From NCBI GenBank assembly GCA_045596745.1, contig JAZODA010000055.1:6772-70771 (forward strand): 64,000 nucleotides of DNA, in the 5' to 3' direction. The translations under genes were made by a program, and so were the position numbers. Positions 28,374 through 37,234 of this stretch are shown piece after piece (position 1 is the first letter of the stretch; each line of letters begins with the position of its first letter). Below the pieces are notes generated by a model, which was given only the letters and a program-made list of their open reading frames with translations, did not search any database and had not been told where the DNA came from. The DNA comes from Acutalibacteraceae bacterium. GTDB taxonomy: Bacteria > Bacillota > Clostridia > Oscillospirales > Acutalibacteraceae.

Positions 28374-29044
28374 GTGCCGTGTGGAGTATTATCGGGTATA
28401 GTTTGCTCGGTTTACTCGGCTTGCTTCTTCTTTTGCTCATTGCACCGGTGCTTGTACGGGTGCGGTATCGGGAGGAACTGACGGTTTGTGTCCGTGTGCT
28501 GGGTATCCCGGTGTATCGGTATTTCTCGAATGAAGAACCGAAGCAAAAGAAGCCGAAAAAACGTAAGGACAAGCCTGCCGGCAAGCCGAAAAAGAAAAAA
28601 GAAAAGAAAGACGGCTTTCTGGTCGATTTGTCCAAACAGCTCAAGACCGAGGGCGTCGGTGCGGTGGTTGCCACCGTCAAGGCACTGGCAGGCTTGGCGG
28701 TTGGGGCGTTGCGCCGTGTGATGAAGGCGACAACGGTGGATCGGTTGCAGCTGCAGTTGTTTGTGGCATCGGAGGATGCGGCAAAGACAGCACAGACCAC
28801 CGGTGCGGTGTGCGCGGTGCTGTATCCGTCGCTGACGGCGTTGCAAAGTGTGTTGCGCATTCGTCATCGCGCGGTGACGGTCACGCCGGATTACCTGGCG
28901 GAAAAAGGACGCGTTGTGGCGGATGTTCGGCTGCACGTGATTCCGATTCGTATGATTTGGGCGGCTTTGTGGACAGTGCTGAAAATGGGCGCTGTATTTG
29001 ATAAGACAAAGAAACCGAAGGAGGAACAAGGGAATGGAAAATAA
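28370..29044 (+). CDS. DUF2953/YtfI-like sporulation membrane protein with a Lys-rich linker
   Basis: N-terminal TM, KKPKKRKDKPAGKPKKKKEKK tract, position immediately upstream of ytfJ. Confidence 0.55.
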   Translation: MSAVWSIIGYSLLGLLGLLLLLLIAPVLVRVRYREELTVCVRVLGIPVYRYFSNEEPKQKKPKKRKDKPAGKPKKKKEKKDGFLVDLSKQLKTEGVGAVVATVKALAGLAVGALRRVMKATTVDRLQLQLFVASEDAAKTAQTTGAVCAVLYPSLTALQSVLRIRHRAVTVTPDYLAEKGRVVADVRLHVIPIRMIWAALWTVLKMGAVFDKTKKPKEEQGNGK

Positions 29045-29417
29045 AGTACAAGGTCTGTTGGGTATCTCCATCGATAAAATTCGTGAAATGGTGGATGTCA
29101 GCACGGTTATCGGCGATCCGATGACGATGGAGGACGGCACGACGCTGATCCCTGTCTCGCGCGTGACGTATGGCTTTGCTACCGGCGGTTCGGATCTGCC
29201 GACCAAGGGCAATCAGGAACTGTTCGGCGGTGGCGGCGGTGCCGGTATCAACATCATTCCGATTGCGTTCCTGGTGATTTCGAACGGCAACGTGCGTGCG
29301 CTGCCCATCGTTTCTTCGCCGGATGCGGTGAACCAGGCCATCAATATGGTGCCGGATTTGGTGAACAAGGTCAGCGATTTCTTTGCCAAGCGCAAGGAGA
29401 AGAAAGAACAGAAATAA
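29034..29417 (+). CDS. ytfJ: GerW-family sporulation protein YtfJ
   Basis: IDKIREMVDVSTVIGDPM...GTTLIPVSRVTYGFATGG...GGGGGAG...PIAFLVI. Confidence 0.85.
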   Translation: MENKVQGLLGISIDKIREMVDVSTVIGDPMTMEDGTTLIPVSRVTYGFATGGSDLPTKGNQELFGGGGGAGINIIPIAFLVISNGNVRALPIVSSPDAVNQAINMVPDLVNKVSDFFAKRKEKKEQK

Positions 29418-29463
29418 TTTCCACTGTCCTCGCATACCTTCCTACTGAAACGGAGGGGTAGTG

Positions 29464-30594
29464 ATGCGAATGGTGGCGGCGGTTTTACTTGTGTTTGCGA
29501 TGCTGTGTGGCATTGTTCCCACTGCGCAGGCACAGTCGGCTGCACCTGCGGTTTCTTCGCGTGCGGCGGTGCTTTTTGAGCCTGAATCGGGGCGCGTGCT
29601 GTTCGGTAAAAACGCCGACGAGCCGCTGTCGATGGCGAGTACTACCAAACTGATGACCGCGCTGGTCGCGGTGCGACATCTGGATGCATCGGAGACGGTC
29701 ACGGTGCCGTCGGAGGCGGTGCCGGTGGAAGGCTCTTCTATGGGGCTTCGCTGTGGTGACCGCATCACGGTTCATGACCTGTTGGTCGGGTTGCTCCTCA
29801 GCTCGGGCAACGATGCGGCAAATGCGCTGGCGTTGCTTGTCAGTGGGTCGCTGTCGTCGTTTGCGACGCTGATGAACCGCACGGCAAAAGAGTTGGGGAT
29901 GAGCAACACCTGCTTCGTGACGCCTTCGGGGTTGGACGAGGGGGAGCATCATTCGACGGCGCGCGATATGGCGCGTTTGGGTGCTGAAGTGCTTGAAGAC
30001 CCGCTGTTGTCCGCCATTTGCGCATCGAAAACGGCGGTGATTTGCATCAACGGCAGCGAGTCGACGGTGAGCAATCACAACCGTCTGCTGTGGTTGTACG
30101 AGGATGCGGTTGGGTTGAAGACCGGGTATACCATCAAATCGGGCAAATGTCTGGTGTCTGCCGCGCGGCGGGATGGTATAACATTGGTGGTGGCTTCCTT
30201 GAACGGCGGCGACTACTGGAACGATCATATGCGGTTGTATGAGTATGGGTTTTCCCGTACCGAAGCAACACGGTTGCCGATCCCCGAACTGCCGGATGTG
30301 GCGGTGGCGGGAGGTACGGCGGAGAGGGCGCGGCTGACAGCACAAGCGTCCGCGGTGGTTTTATTGGACGATGAACGGGAACACATTACTTGTGAGTGGG
30401 AAGTACAGCCGTTTATCTGGGCACCGGTTGCGGTGTCTGAACAGGTGGGAGTTTTGCGGTACTACACGGATGAACGTGTGGTGTGCGAAATCCCATTGCT
30501 GGCAGCGAGCGACATCTCGCCGCGGCCGGCAGTGACGTATACGGAAAAATGGAAGCGACAGCTTCTGCGGCTGTTCGCGGCGTTGACGAGGTAG
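29464..30594 (+). CDS. Serine-type D-Ala-D-Ala carboxypeptidase (PBP5/DacB-like)
   Basis: SxxK (SMASTTK), SxN (SSGND), KTG (KTGYT). Signal peptide present. Confidence 0.85.
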   Translation: MRMVAAVLLVFAMLCGIVPTAQAQSAAPAVSSRAAVLFEPESGRVLFGKNADEPLSMASTTKLMTALVAVRHLDASETVTVPSEAVPVEGSSMGLRCGDRITVHDLLVGLLLSSGNDAANALALLVSGSLSSFATLMNRTAKELGMSNTCFVTPSGLDEGEHHSTARDMARLGAEVLEDPLLSAICASKTAVICINGSESTVSNHNRLLWLYEDAVGLKTGYTIKSGKCLVSAARRDGITLVVASLNGGDYWNDHMRLYEYGFSRTEATRLPIPELPDVAVAGGTAERARLTAQASAVVLLDDEREHITCEWEVQPFIWAPVAVSEQVGVLRYYTDERVVCEIPLLAASDISPRPAVTYTEKWKRQLLRLFAALTR

Positions 30595-30598
30595 AAAT

Positions 30599-31384
30599 AT
30601 GGCGTTAGTCAGATTGCAAAAGGTTCTTGCCGATCGGGGTGTTGCTTCCCGTCGCAAGGCGGAAGAGTTAATTGAACAGGGCGCGGTGCGTGTCAATGGA
30701 CACCCTGCACGGCTGGGTGATAAGGTGGACGACCGCAAGGACCTTATCACGGTGCGCGGTAAGCGCATTGCGGCGGCGGAAGCACCGATGTATCTGATGC
30801 TGCACAAGCCGCGCGGCTACGTTACCACGATGAGCGATGAAAAGGGCCGCAAATGCGTTGCCGACCTCATCGCGGACGTCGGTGCGCGCGTGTATCCTGT
30901 GGGACGGTTGGACCGCGAGTCGGAGGGCTTGCTGCTGCTGACTAACGATGGTGATTTTTCCAATGCGATGATGCATCCTGCGGCACATGTTCCGAAGCGC
31001 TATCGGGTGACCGTGCGTGCGGAAGTGGATGCCGATCAGGTGCTTCAGCTGCAGGAGGGTATCCTGCTGGACGGTCGCCGCACGCTGCCTGCCGAGGTGA
31101 CAGTGCTGACGCAGACCGAAAACGCGACGGAAGCACCGCGAACGGTGTTTGAAATTACGATTTACGAGGGGCGCAACCGCCAGATTCGCCGTATGTGCGA
31201 GGCACTGAATATGGAAGTTATCCGCCTGAAGCGTGTGTCGTTTGGCGGCGTGAAGCTGGGTATGCTGGCGCCGGGCAAGTGGCGGCAGTTGGATCCGCGC
31301 GAGGTGCGGACGCTGGTGATGGCTTCCAAGGTGGAAAAGAAGATTGCCGCCGAGTATATCAAAAAAGGAAAAGGACGGAGATAA
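30599..31384 (+). CDS. rluB: rRNA pseudouridine synthase (RluB/RsuA family)
   Basis: S4 domain (RLQKVLADRGVASRRKAEELI), catalytic GRLDRESEGLLLLTNDG. Confidence 0.85.
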   Translation: MALVRLQKVLADRGVASRRKAEELIEQGAVRVNGHPARLGDKVDDRKDLITVRGKRIAAAEAPMYLMLHKPRGYVTTMSDEKGRKCVADLIADVGARVYPVGRLDRESEGLLLLTNDGDFSNAMMHPAAHVPKRYRVTVRAEVDADQVLQLQEGILLDGRRTLPAEVTVLTQTENATEAPRTVFEITIYEGRNRQIRRMCEALNMEVIRLKRVSFGGVKLGMLAPGKWRQLDPREVRTLVMASKVEKKIAAEYIKKGKGRR

Positions 31385-31386
31385 CC

Positions 31387-31752
31387 GTGTTCAGTATTTT
31401 ACCTGTTGACGAAAAGACTACGGCCGAACTGGCACAGCGCGAGGGAAAGGAACTTCCGCTGTCGGCTATGCTGTTGCGAATTGATGACGTTGTCTCCGGT
31501 CACGTGCTGTATCGTGTCGATCGGGATACGCTGGAAATTTTGTGCCTGCGCGCCCCGGATGATGAGTATACCGAGTGGCTGGTGCGCGCGGCGCTGAACG
31601 CCGGTGTCAACCGTCTGGCAATCACGGCGGTGTGTAACGATCCGGTGTTGTTTCCGCATCTGATTCGCCTCGGATTCACTCCGCAGGGGAGTGGGTATGA
31701 GGTGTTTATCCCGCATTTCTTTACTCGTCCGTGCTGCGGCGGCGAAAAGTAA
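31387..31752 (+). CDS. Hypothetical small protein (121 aa; weak GNAT-like C-terminal half), GTG start
   Basis: In-frame GTG 3 nt after the rluB stop. The upstream part of the listed ORF overlaps rluB. No family recognised. Confidence 0.4.
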   Translation: MFSILPVDEKTTAELAQREGKELPLSAMLLRIDDVVSGHVLYRVDRDTLEILCLRAPDDEYTEWLVRAALNAGVNRLAITAVCNDPVLFPHLIRLGFTPQGSGYEVFIPHFFTRPCCGGEK

Positions 31753-31783
31753 CAGTAAATAGACAAATTCTTCGTTTTTTATT

Positions 31784-31824
31784 GCGCAGAGTACTTGATT
31801 TTTCAATGTGCTCTGCGCTATAAT
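31784..31824 (+). promoter_or_regulatory. Promoter of the carboxyltransferase cluster embedded in an 11-bp inverted repeat (candidate operator)
   Basis: GCGCAGAGTAC (31784-31794) / GTGCTCTGCGC (31808-31818), with TTGATT (31795) - 18 nt - TATAAT (31819). Confidence 0.5.
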
Positions 31825-31920
31825 ATTAGTATCTGTTAATATGGCGTAGAGTGGCTTGAATTTCTTTCCGACGACGGTGGTGACACCGGCGGACGGATAC
31901 GATGTTTGGAGGTTAAAGCA

Positions 31921-33189
31921 ATGAGCAAGCAAGCGTCCGAGGCACGGAAGTGCCTGGAACAATTCTTTGACGCAGGCACCTTTGTTGAGGTTGACCGCCT
32001 GGCGCGCGATGGCGAGAACGATGTTCCCGTTGTGTGCGGTTATGGTCTGGTGAACGATGCACCGGTGTATGCCTTTGCACAGGACAAGACCGTCTGCAGC
32101 GGTGCGGTGGGTAAGGCCCACGCTGCGAAGATTAAGACGGTGTATCGCCTGGCTGCACAGAACGGTGCTCCGGTTGTCGGCGTGTTCGACAGCGACGGTG
32201 CTCGTCTGGGTGAGGGTATCGATGCAATGGATGCCATTGCCGAAATTATGGCGGCGGCGAACGACCTGTCCGGTGTGGTACCGCAGATTGCGGTTATCAC
32301 CGGTGCGTGTGTTGGTTCTTCCGCATTGATTGCGGCGGCTGCCGATGTGGTTATCGCCGCTGAAGATGCTGATTATTATCTGAACGTCGGTGACGACAAC
32401 GCCAAGGCGGACGTCGTTGCGGCGGACGCGGCTGCGGCGCTGGAAAAGGCCCGCGAGCTGCTGGGCTATCTGCCCGCAAACAACCTTTCTGCCGCTCCGG
32501 TGTATGAGACGCTGGAATCGGCAGCGGCGATCCCCGCTTCCGCAAAAGAAGCGGCGGAATACCTGGCGGATGCCGGTTCGCTGTTCCCGCTGTACAAGGA
32601 CGAGGTTGCGGCTCTGGCTCGTATCAATGGTTCGGTCTGCGGTATCGTTACGCTGGCCGGCGAGCAGGTTTCCTGCTGTGCCGCCGCGCGTGCGGCTCGC
32701 TTTGTCCGCTTCTGCGACAGCTTCTCGCTGCCGGTGCTCACCGTGGTGGATGCAGAGGGCTTTGAGTGCCTGAAGGGCGCTGCCCGTGTGTGCCAGGCTT
32801 ATACCGAAGCGACCACCGTTAAGGTGACGCTGCTGGTTGGCAAGGCTTACGGCCCGGTGTACATCGCGGTGGCCGGTAAGGCTGCCGGTGCGGATGCGGT
32901 TCTCGCGTGGCAGGATGCCTCGGTGTCGCCGCTGAAGCCCGAAACCGCTATCCACATTCTGTGGAAAGATCGTCTGGCGGAAATGAAGGATCCCAAGAAG
33001 GATCGTGCGGCGTTGGCGGAAGAATACCGCACCACCTGCTGCACTGCTCAGGCGGCTGCGGAGCAGGGTGCGCTGACGGATATCGTCGCTCCCGAGCAGA
33101 CCCGTGCTGCGATTTCTGCATTCTTTGATATGCTGGCCGGCAAGCGCGTCAGCAAGCTGCCCAAGAAGCACGCGAACATTCGCCTGTAA
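31921..33189 (+). CDS. Carboxyltransferase-domain protein, compact and divergent (12S/acyl-CoA carboxylase beta-like)
   Basis: Two crotonase-like halves recognisable (GYGLVNDAPVYAFAQD...DSDGARLGEG; AARFVRFCDSFSLPVLTVVDAEGF...GKAYGPVYIA). ATG at 31921 after GGAGG. Confidence 0.7.
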   Translation: MSKQASEARKCLEQFFDAGTFVEVDRLARDGENDVPVVCGYGLVNDAPVYAFAQDKTVCSGAVGKAHAAKIKTVYRLAAQNGAPVVGVFDSDGARLGEGIDAMDAIAEIMAAANDLSGVVPQIAVITGACVGSSALIAAAADVVIAAEDADYYLNVGDDNAKADVVAADAAAALEKARELLGYLPANNLSAAPVYETLESAAAIPASAKEAAEYLADAGSLFPLYKDEVAALARINGSVCGIVTLAGEQVSCCAAARAARFVRFCDSFSLPVLTVVDAEGFECLKGAARVCQAYTEATTVKVTLLVGKAYGPVYIAVAGKAAGADAVLAWQDASVSPLKPETAIHILWKDRLAEMKDPKKDRAALAEEYRTTCCTAQAAAEQGALTDIVAPEQTRAAISAFFDMLAGKRVSKLPKKHANIRL

Positions 33190-33245
33190 TATCCTGTGTC
33201 GTGGAAACGGCACTGCCGAAATATAAAAGAAAGGTTGATTCAGTT

Positions 33246-33668
33246 ATGAAGAGATTCAATATCACCGTTAATGGTAAAGCTTACGATGTCCAGGTTGAAG
33301 AGGTTGGCGGCGCTGCTCCCGTAGTGGCTGCTGCTCCGGCTCCCGCTGCTGCTCCGGCCCCCGCTGCTGCTCCGGCTCCCGCTGCCGCTCCGGCACCGGC
33401 CGCTGCTCCCGCTCCGGCACCGGCTGCTGCGCCTGCTGCCGCTCCCGCTGCTGACGCCGAGGTTGTCAGCGCTCCGATGCCGGGTACCATCGTCAGCGTG
33501 GCGGTGTCCGCCGGTCAGTCGGTTAAGTCCGGCGACGTGCTGCTGGTTCTGGAAGCAATGAAGATGGAAAACGAGATTATGGCTCCCCGCGACGGTGTTG
33601 TCGCCGGCGTGCATGTCTCCAAGGGTGAGAGTGTGGATTCCGGCAAAGCGCTGGTCTCTCTGCAGTAA
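33246..33668 (+). CDS. Biotin carboxyl carrier protein (1.3S-type) with an Ala/Pro linker
   Basis: Biotinylation motif EAMKMENEI. (AAPAP)n linker. Confidence 0.9.
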   Translation: MKRFNITVNGKAYDVQVEEVGGAAPVVAAAPAPAAAPAPAAAPAPAAAPAPAAAPAPAPAAAPAAAPAADAEVVSAPMPGTIVSVAVSAGQSVKSGDVLLVLEAMKMENEIMAPRDGVVAGVHVSKGESVDSGKALVSLQ

Positions 33669-33701
33669 TGGCATCCGCCACGAACGAAAGGACTGATTGG
33701 A

Positions 33702-35102
33702 TTGGCAAAGGTCGGGATTACCGAAACCATTCTGCGTGACGCGCACCAGTCGCTGATCGCTACCCGTATGACGACGGAGGATATGCTGCCTGCGCTGGAA
33801 ATGCTGGACGATATCGACTTCCATTCGCTGGAGTGCTGGGGCGGCGCTACGTTTGACTCCTGCCTGCGTTTCCTCGGTGAAGATCCGTGGGAGCGCCTGC
33901 GCACACTGCGCAAGCATATGCCCAAGACGAAGCTGCAGATGCTGTTCCGCGGCCAGAATATGCTGGGTTATCGCCACTATGCTGATGACGTGGTGGAATA
34001 CTTCGTGCAGAAATCCGTGGCGAACGGTATCGACGTTATCCGTATTTTCGACGCGCTGAACGATATCCGCAACCTGGAGACCTCCATCAAGGCCGCCAAG
34101 AAGGAAAAAGGCGCTCACGTGCAGGTCGCTGTGTCTTACACCACCGGCCCTGTGTACGATACGGAGTACTACGTTAACTATGCGAAGAAGCTGGAAGAGG
34201 CGGGCGCCGATTCCATTTGTATCAAGGATATGGCCGGTCTGTTGGTTCCCTACAAGACCTACGAACTGGTTAAAGAAATCAAGAACGCGGTTTCTATTCC
34301 GATTCAGCTTCACTCTCACTTCACCGCCGGTATTGCCGACATGGTGCTGATGAAGGGTATCGAAGCCGGTGCGGATGTTATCGATACCGCACTGTCTCCG
34401 CTGGGTATGGGTACTTCCCATCCTGCGACCGAGTCGATGGTTGCCGCTTTGGCCGGCACCGAGTACGACACCGGTCTGGATCTTATCAAGCTCAACGAAG
34501 TCGGCAAGTACTTCCACACGTTGCGTGATAAGTATCTGGCGAGCGGTCAGCTCAACCCCAAGATGCTGGAAGTGGATACCAAGGCGCTGATTTATCAGGT
34601 GCCGGGCGGTATGCTGTCCAACCTGGTCAGCCAGCTTAAGCAGGCGGGCCGCGAGGATCAGCTGGAAGAAGTGCTGCTGGAAGTGCCGCGCGTTCGCGAG
34701 GATGCCGGTTTCCCGCCGCTGGTTACGCCTTCTTCCCAGATTGTGGGTACGCAGGCTGTGTTTAACGTCATCGGTGGCGAGCGCTACAAGATGGTTACCA
34801 AGGAATTCAAGGGTCTGGTTCGCGGCGAGTACGGTTCGTCTCCCGTGGCAATCGACCCCGAGTTCCGCAAGCAGATCATCGGCGACGAGGAGCCCATTAC
34901 CTGCCGTCCTGCCGACCAGATCGAGCCTGAATTGGATAAGATGCGCGACGAAATGAAAGAATGGTACGAGCAGGAAGAGGACGTACTGACCTATGCACAG
35001 TTCGGTCAGGTTGCCGTGAAGTTCTTCGAGAAGCGCCGCAACGAGAAATATCATATCGACGGGCAGCACCTCAACGAAGAGGAAAAGGTTCATCCCGTCT
35101 AA
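33702..35102 (+). CDS. Oxaloacetate decarboxylase alpha / pyruvate carboxylase B / transcarboxylase 5S-type carboxyltransferase, without a biotinyl domain
   Basis: ITETILRDAHQSL, ECWGGATFD, IKDMAGLL, HSHFTAG. TTG start as in the ORF track. Ends without an AMKM domain. Confidence 0.85.
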   Translation: MAKVGITETILRDAHQSLIATRMTTEDMLPALEMLDDIDFHSLECWGGATFDSCLRFLGEDPWERLRTLRKHMPKTKLQMLFRGQNMLGYRHYADDVVEYFVQKSVANGIDVIRIFDALNDIRNLETSIKAAKKEKGAHVQVAVSYTTGPVYDTEYYVNYAKKLEEAGADSICIKDMAGLLVPYKTYELVKEIKNAVSIPIQLHSHFTAGIADMVLMKGIEAGADVIDTALSPLGMGTSHPATESMVAALAGTEYDTGLDLIKLNEVGKYFHTLRDKYLASGQLNPKMLEVDTKALIYQVPGGMLSNLVSQLKQAGREDQLEEVLLEVPRVREDAGFPPLVTPSSQIVGTQAVFNVIGGERYKMVTKEFKGLVRGEYGSSPVAIDPEFRKQIIGDEEPITCRPADQIEPELDKMRDEMKEWYEQEEDVLTYAQFGQVAVKFFEKRRNEKYHIDGQHLNEEEKVHPV

Positions 35103-35114
35103 TTAAAGTCGTAT

Positions 35115-35145
35115 CCGAAAGCCCCTTTTACAGGGGGCTTTCGGT
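35115..35145 (+). terminator. Hairpin terminator after the carboxyltransferase cluster
   Basis: CCGAAAGCCCC-UUUUACA-GGGGCUUUCGG with a weak U-tract. Confidence 0.6.
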
Positions 35146-35168
35146 CGTCTTGTTTCAAGGAGTTACTT

Positions 35169-36047
35169 ATGATTCGGAGTATGACCGGTTACGGCCGTTG
35201 TCAGCAGGTGCTGGATGGCTGGGACGTAACGGTGGAGCTGAAGTCGGTTAACCACCGTTTCTTTGAGTGCAGCACGCGTCTGCCGCGCACCTGCGGTTTT
35301 CTGGACGATAAGCTGAAATCCTTCCTGCAGCAGCACATTGCTCGCGGCAAGGTGGAGGTTTACGTTTCGCTGGACGCGGTGGAAACTGCCGACAGCCGTG
35401 TGGAGATTAATCTCCCGCTGGCCGAAGCGTATCGTGATGCGTTGCAGAAGATGGCGGAAACGCTTTCGGTGCGTGACGATTGCTCGGTGATGGGCTTGTC
35501 CCGTTTCCCCGACGTGCTGACCGTTCGCAAAAACGAAGCGGACGAAGAAATGATTTGGAAAGTCGTTCGCGAAACCGCGGCGCAGGCACTGGAAAAGTTC
35601 GTTGCGATGCGCGAGCGCGAGGGCGAGCGACTGCGTGACGACGTGATGTCCCGTCGTGCGTTCTTGCTTGAGCGTGTTGCCATTGTGGAGGAGCGTTCTC
35701 CGCAGACGGTGCGCGAGCATATGGACAAGGTGACCGAGCGTATGCGTGAGCTGCTCGGCAGTGCAACGGTGGACGAGCAGCGGTTGCTTACCGAAGCGGC
35801 GCTGTTTGCCGACAAGATTGCAACGGCGGAAGAGACGGTGCGCCTGCGTAGCCATCTGGATCAGCTGGAGCAGCTGGTTTGCAGCAGCGAGCCTGTCGGA
35901 CGCAAACTGGATTTCCTGGTGCAGGAAATCAATCGTGAAACCAACACCATCGGTTCCAAGGCACAGGATTTGCAGCTGGCACAGGTGGTTGTGGATATGA
36001 AGGCAGAGATCGAAAAGATCCGTGAGCAGATCCAGAACATTGAGTAA
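35169..36047 (+). CDS. yicC: YicC/YloC-family protein (stress-induced endoribonuclease family)
   Basis: MIRSMTGYGR..., NHRF, C-terminal KLDFLVQEINRETNTIGSKA. Confidence 0.9.
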   Translation: MIRSMTGYGRCQQVLDGWDVTVELKSVNHRFFECSTRLPRTCGFLDDKLKSFLQQHIARGKVEVYVSLDAVETADSRVEINLPLAEAYRDALQKMAETLSVRDDCSVMGLSRFPDVLTVRKNEADEEMIWKVVRETAAQALEKFVAMREREGERLRDDVMSRRAFLLERVAIVEERSPQTVREHMDKVTERMRELLGSATVDEQRLLTEAALFADKIATAEETVRLRSHLDQLEQLVCSSEPVGRKLDFLVQEINRETNTIGSKAQDLQLAQVVVDMKAEIEKIREQIQNIE

Positions 36048-36077
36048 TGTTCGCCGGGGTATAACGGAGGGATAACG

Positions 36078-36341
36078 ATGAAGCTTATCAACATTGGTTT
36101 CGGCAATATGGTTGCTGCCGGTCGCTTGGTTGCGATTGTCAGCCCGGAATCTGCGCCGATCAAGCGTATTATTCAGGATGCCAAGGAGCGTGGATCGCTG
36201 ATCGACGCGACTTACGGTCGCCGCACTCGTGCGGTGCTGATTACCGACAGCGAACACGTGATTCTGTCGGCAGTGCAGCCCGAAACGGTGGCGAACCGTC
36301 TTGGTGAGGACGATGAGGAGGATACCGGTAATGGCGACTGA
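36078..36341 (+). CDS. remA: RemA/DUF370-family regulator
   Basis: [39 protein letters not shown]. Confidence 0.9.
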   Translation: MKLINIGFGNMVAAGRLVAIVSPESAPIKRIIQDAKERGSLIDATYGRRTRAVLITDSEHVILSAVQPETVANRLGEDDEEDTGNGD

Positions 36342-36957
36342 TGTATCCCGCGGACTGCTGATTGTGTTGTCCGGTCCGTCCGGGTGCGGTAAAGGAACCA
36401 TTGTGGCGAAGTTGCTTTCCGAGCGTTCCGACACGGTGCTGTCGGTATCGGTCACCACTCGCGCTCCCCGTCCCGCTGATGTGGACGGTGTGCACTACTT
36501 CTTCCGCACGAAGGAACAGGTAGAGCAGATGATTCGCGACGGTGAGCTGCTGGAGTACGCGCAGTACAACGGCAACTACTACGGCACGCCGCGTGCCGCT
36601 GTGGAAGAGCATCTCGCCGCCGGACGCAACGTCATCCTGGAAATCGAAGTACAGGGCGCCGAAAAGGTGATGAGCCGTATCGGAGACCACGTTTCGATGT
36701 TTATTGTTCCGCCGTCGATGGAGGAGCTGGAGCGCCGCCTGCGCGGTCGCGGCACCGAAACCGAGGAAAATGTGCAGAACCGACTGCGTGCCGCCTGTGA
36801 GGAACTGACTCACGCTGGCAGCTATCAGTATCTGGTACTTAACGATGAGGTTGAAGCCGCTGTGCAGCGCATCAACGACATCATTGAAGCAGAAAAAATG
36901 CGGTATGACCGCAGTAAATACGTATTGGAGGATTTGAATTATGCTGAACCCCTGTGA
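36331..36957 (+). CDS. gmk: Guanylate kinase
   Basis: P-loop [26 protein letters not shown] at 36331 overlaps the remA end. Confidence 0.9.
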   Translation: MATDVSRGLLIVLSGPSGCGKGTIVAKLLSERSDTVLSVSVTTRAPRPADVDGVHYFFRTKEQVEQMIRDGELLEYAQYNGNYYGTPRAAVEEHLAAGRNVILEIEVQGAEKVMSRIGDHVSMFIVPPSMEELERRLRGRGTETEENVQNRLRAACEELTHAGSYQYLVLNDEVEAAVQRINDIIEAEKMRYDRSKYVLEDLNYAEPL

Positions 36958-37144
36958 TATCGAAAAATTGAAGGGCAAGAACAGCCGTTATGCGGTGGTT
37001 GTGGGTATCGCCAAGCGCGCCCGCGACATTGCTCAGGAAGCCGAAGACAACGGTGTGATTCTGATCGAAAAGCCGGTCAGCATGGCCATCACCGATTTTG
37101 AGGGCGGCGATTATAAAATGATCGTGTCGGACGAGGCGGAATAA
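36941..37144 (+). CDS. rpoZ: DNA-directed RNA polymerase subunit omega
   Basis: 67 aa, SRYAVVVGIAKRARDI, conserved position after gmk. Confidence 0.85.
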   Translation: MLNPCDIEKLKGKNSRYAVVVGIAKRARDIAQEAEDNGVILIEKPVSMAITDFEGGDYKMIVSDEAE

Positions 37145-37171
37145 GCCTGTCCGTATCCCGTACAGCTGAAG

Positions 37172-37197
37172 GGCGTCCTGTGCAGGACGTCTTTTTG
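37172..37197 (+). terminator. Intrinsic terminator after rpoZ
   Basis: GCGUCCUG-loop-CAGGACGUC followed by UUUUU. Confidence 0.65.
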
Positions 37198-37234
37198 GCT
37201 TTTATTGACAAAGTATTTTGAGGGAGGTGTCGGC

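Noticed and set aside
33300-33450. Tandemly repetitive GCT-GCT-CCG-GCx DNA that could be mistaken for a microsatellite or CRISPR-like repeat.
   Set aside because: It is in frame inside the biotin carrier gene and encodes the (AAPAP)n flexible linker typical of BCCP/1.3S proteins. There are no spacers and no flanking cas genes.
31921-35102. Annotating the cluster as a Na+-translocating oxaloacetate or methylmalonyl-CoA decarboxylase.
   Set aside because: No integral-membrane beta subunit or small gamma/delta subunit is encoded in or next to the cluster. The transcarboxylase-type architecture fits better, although partner genes elsewhere cannot be excluded.
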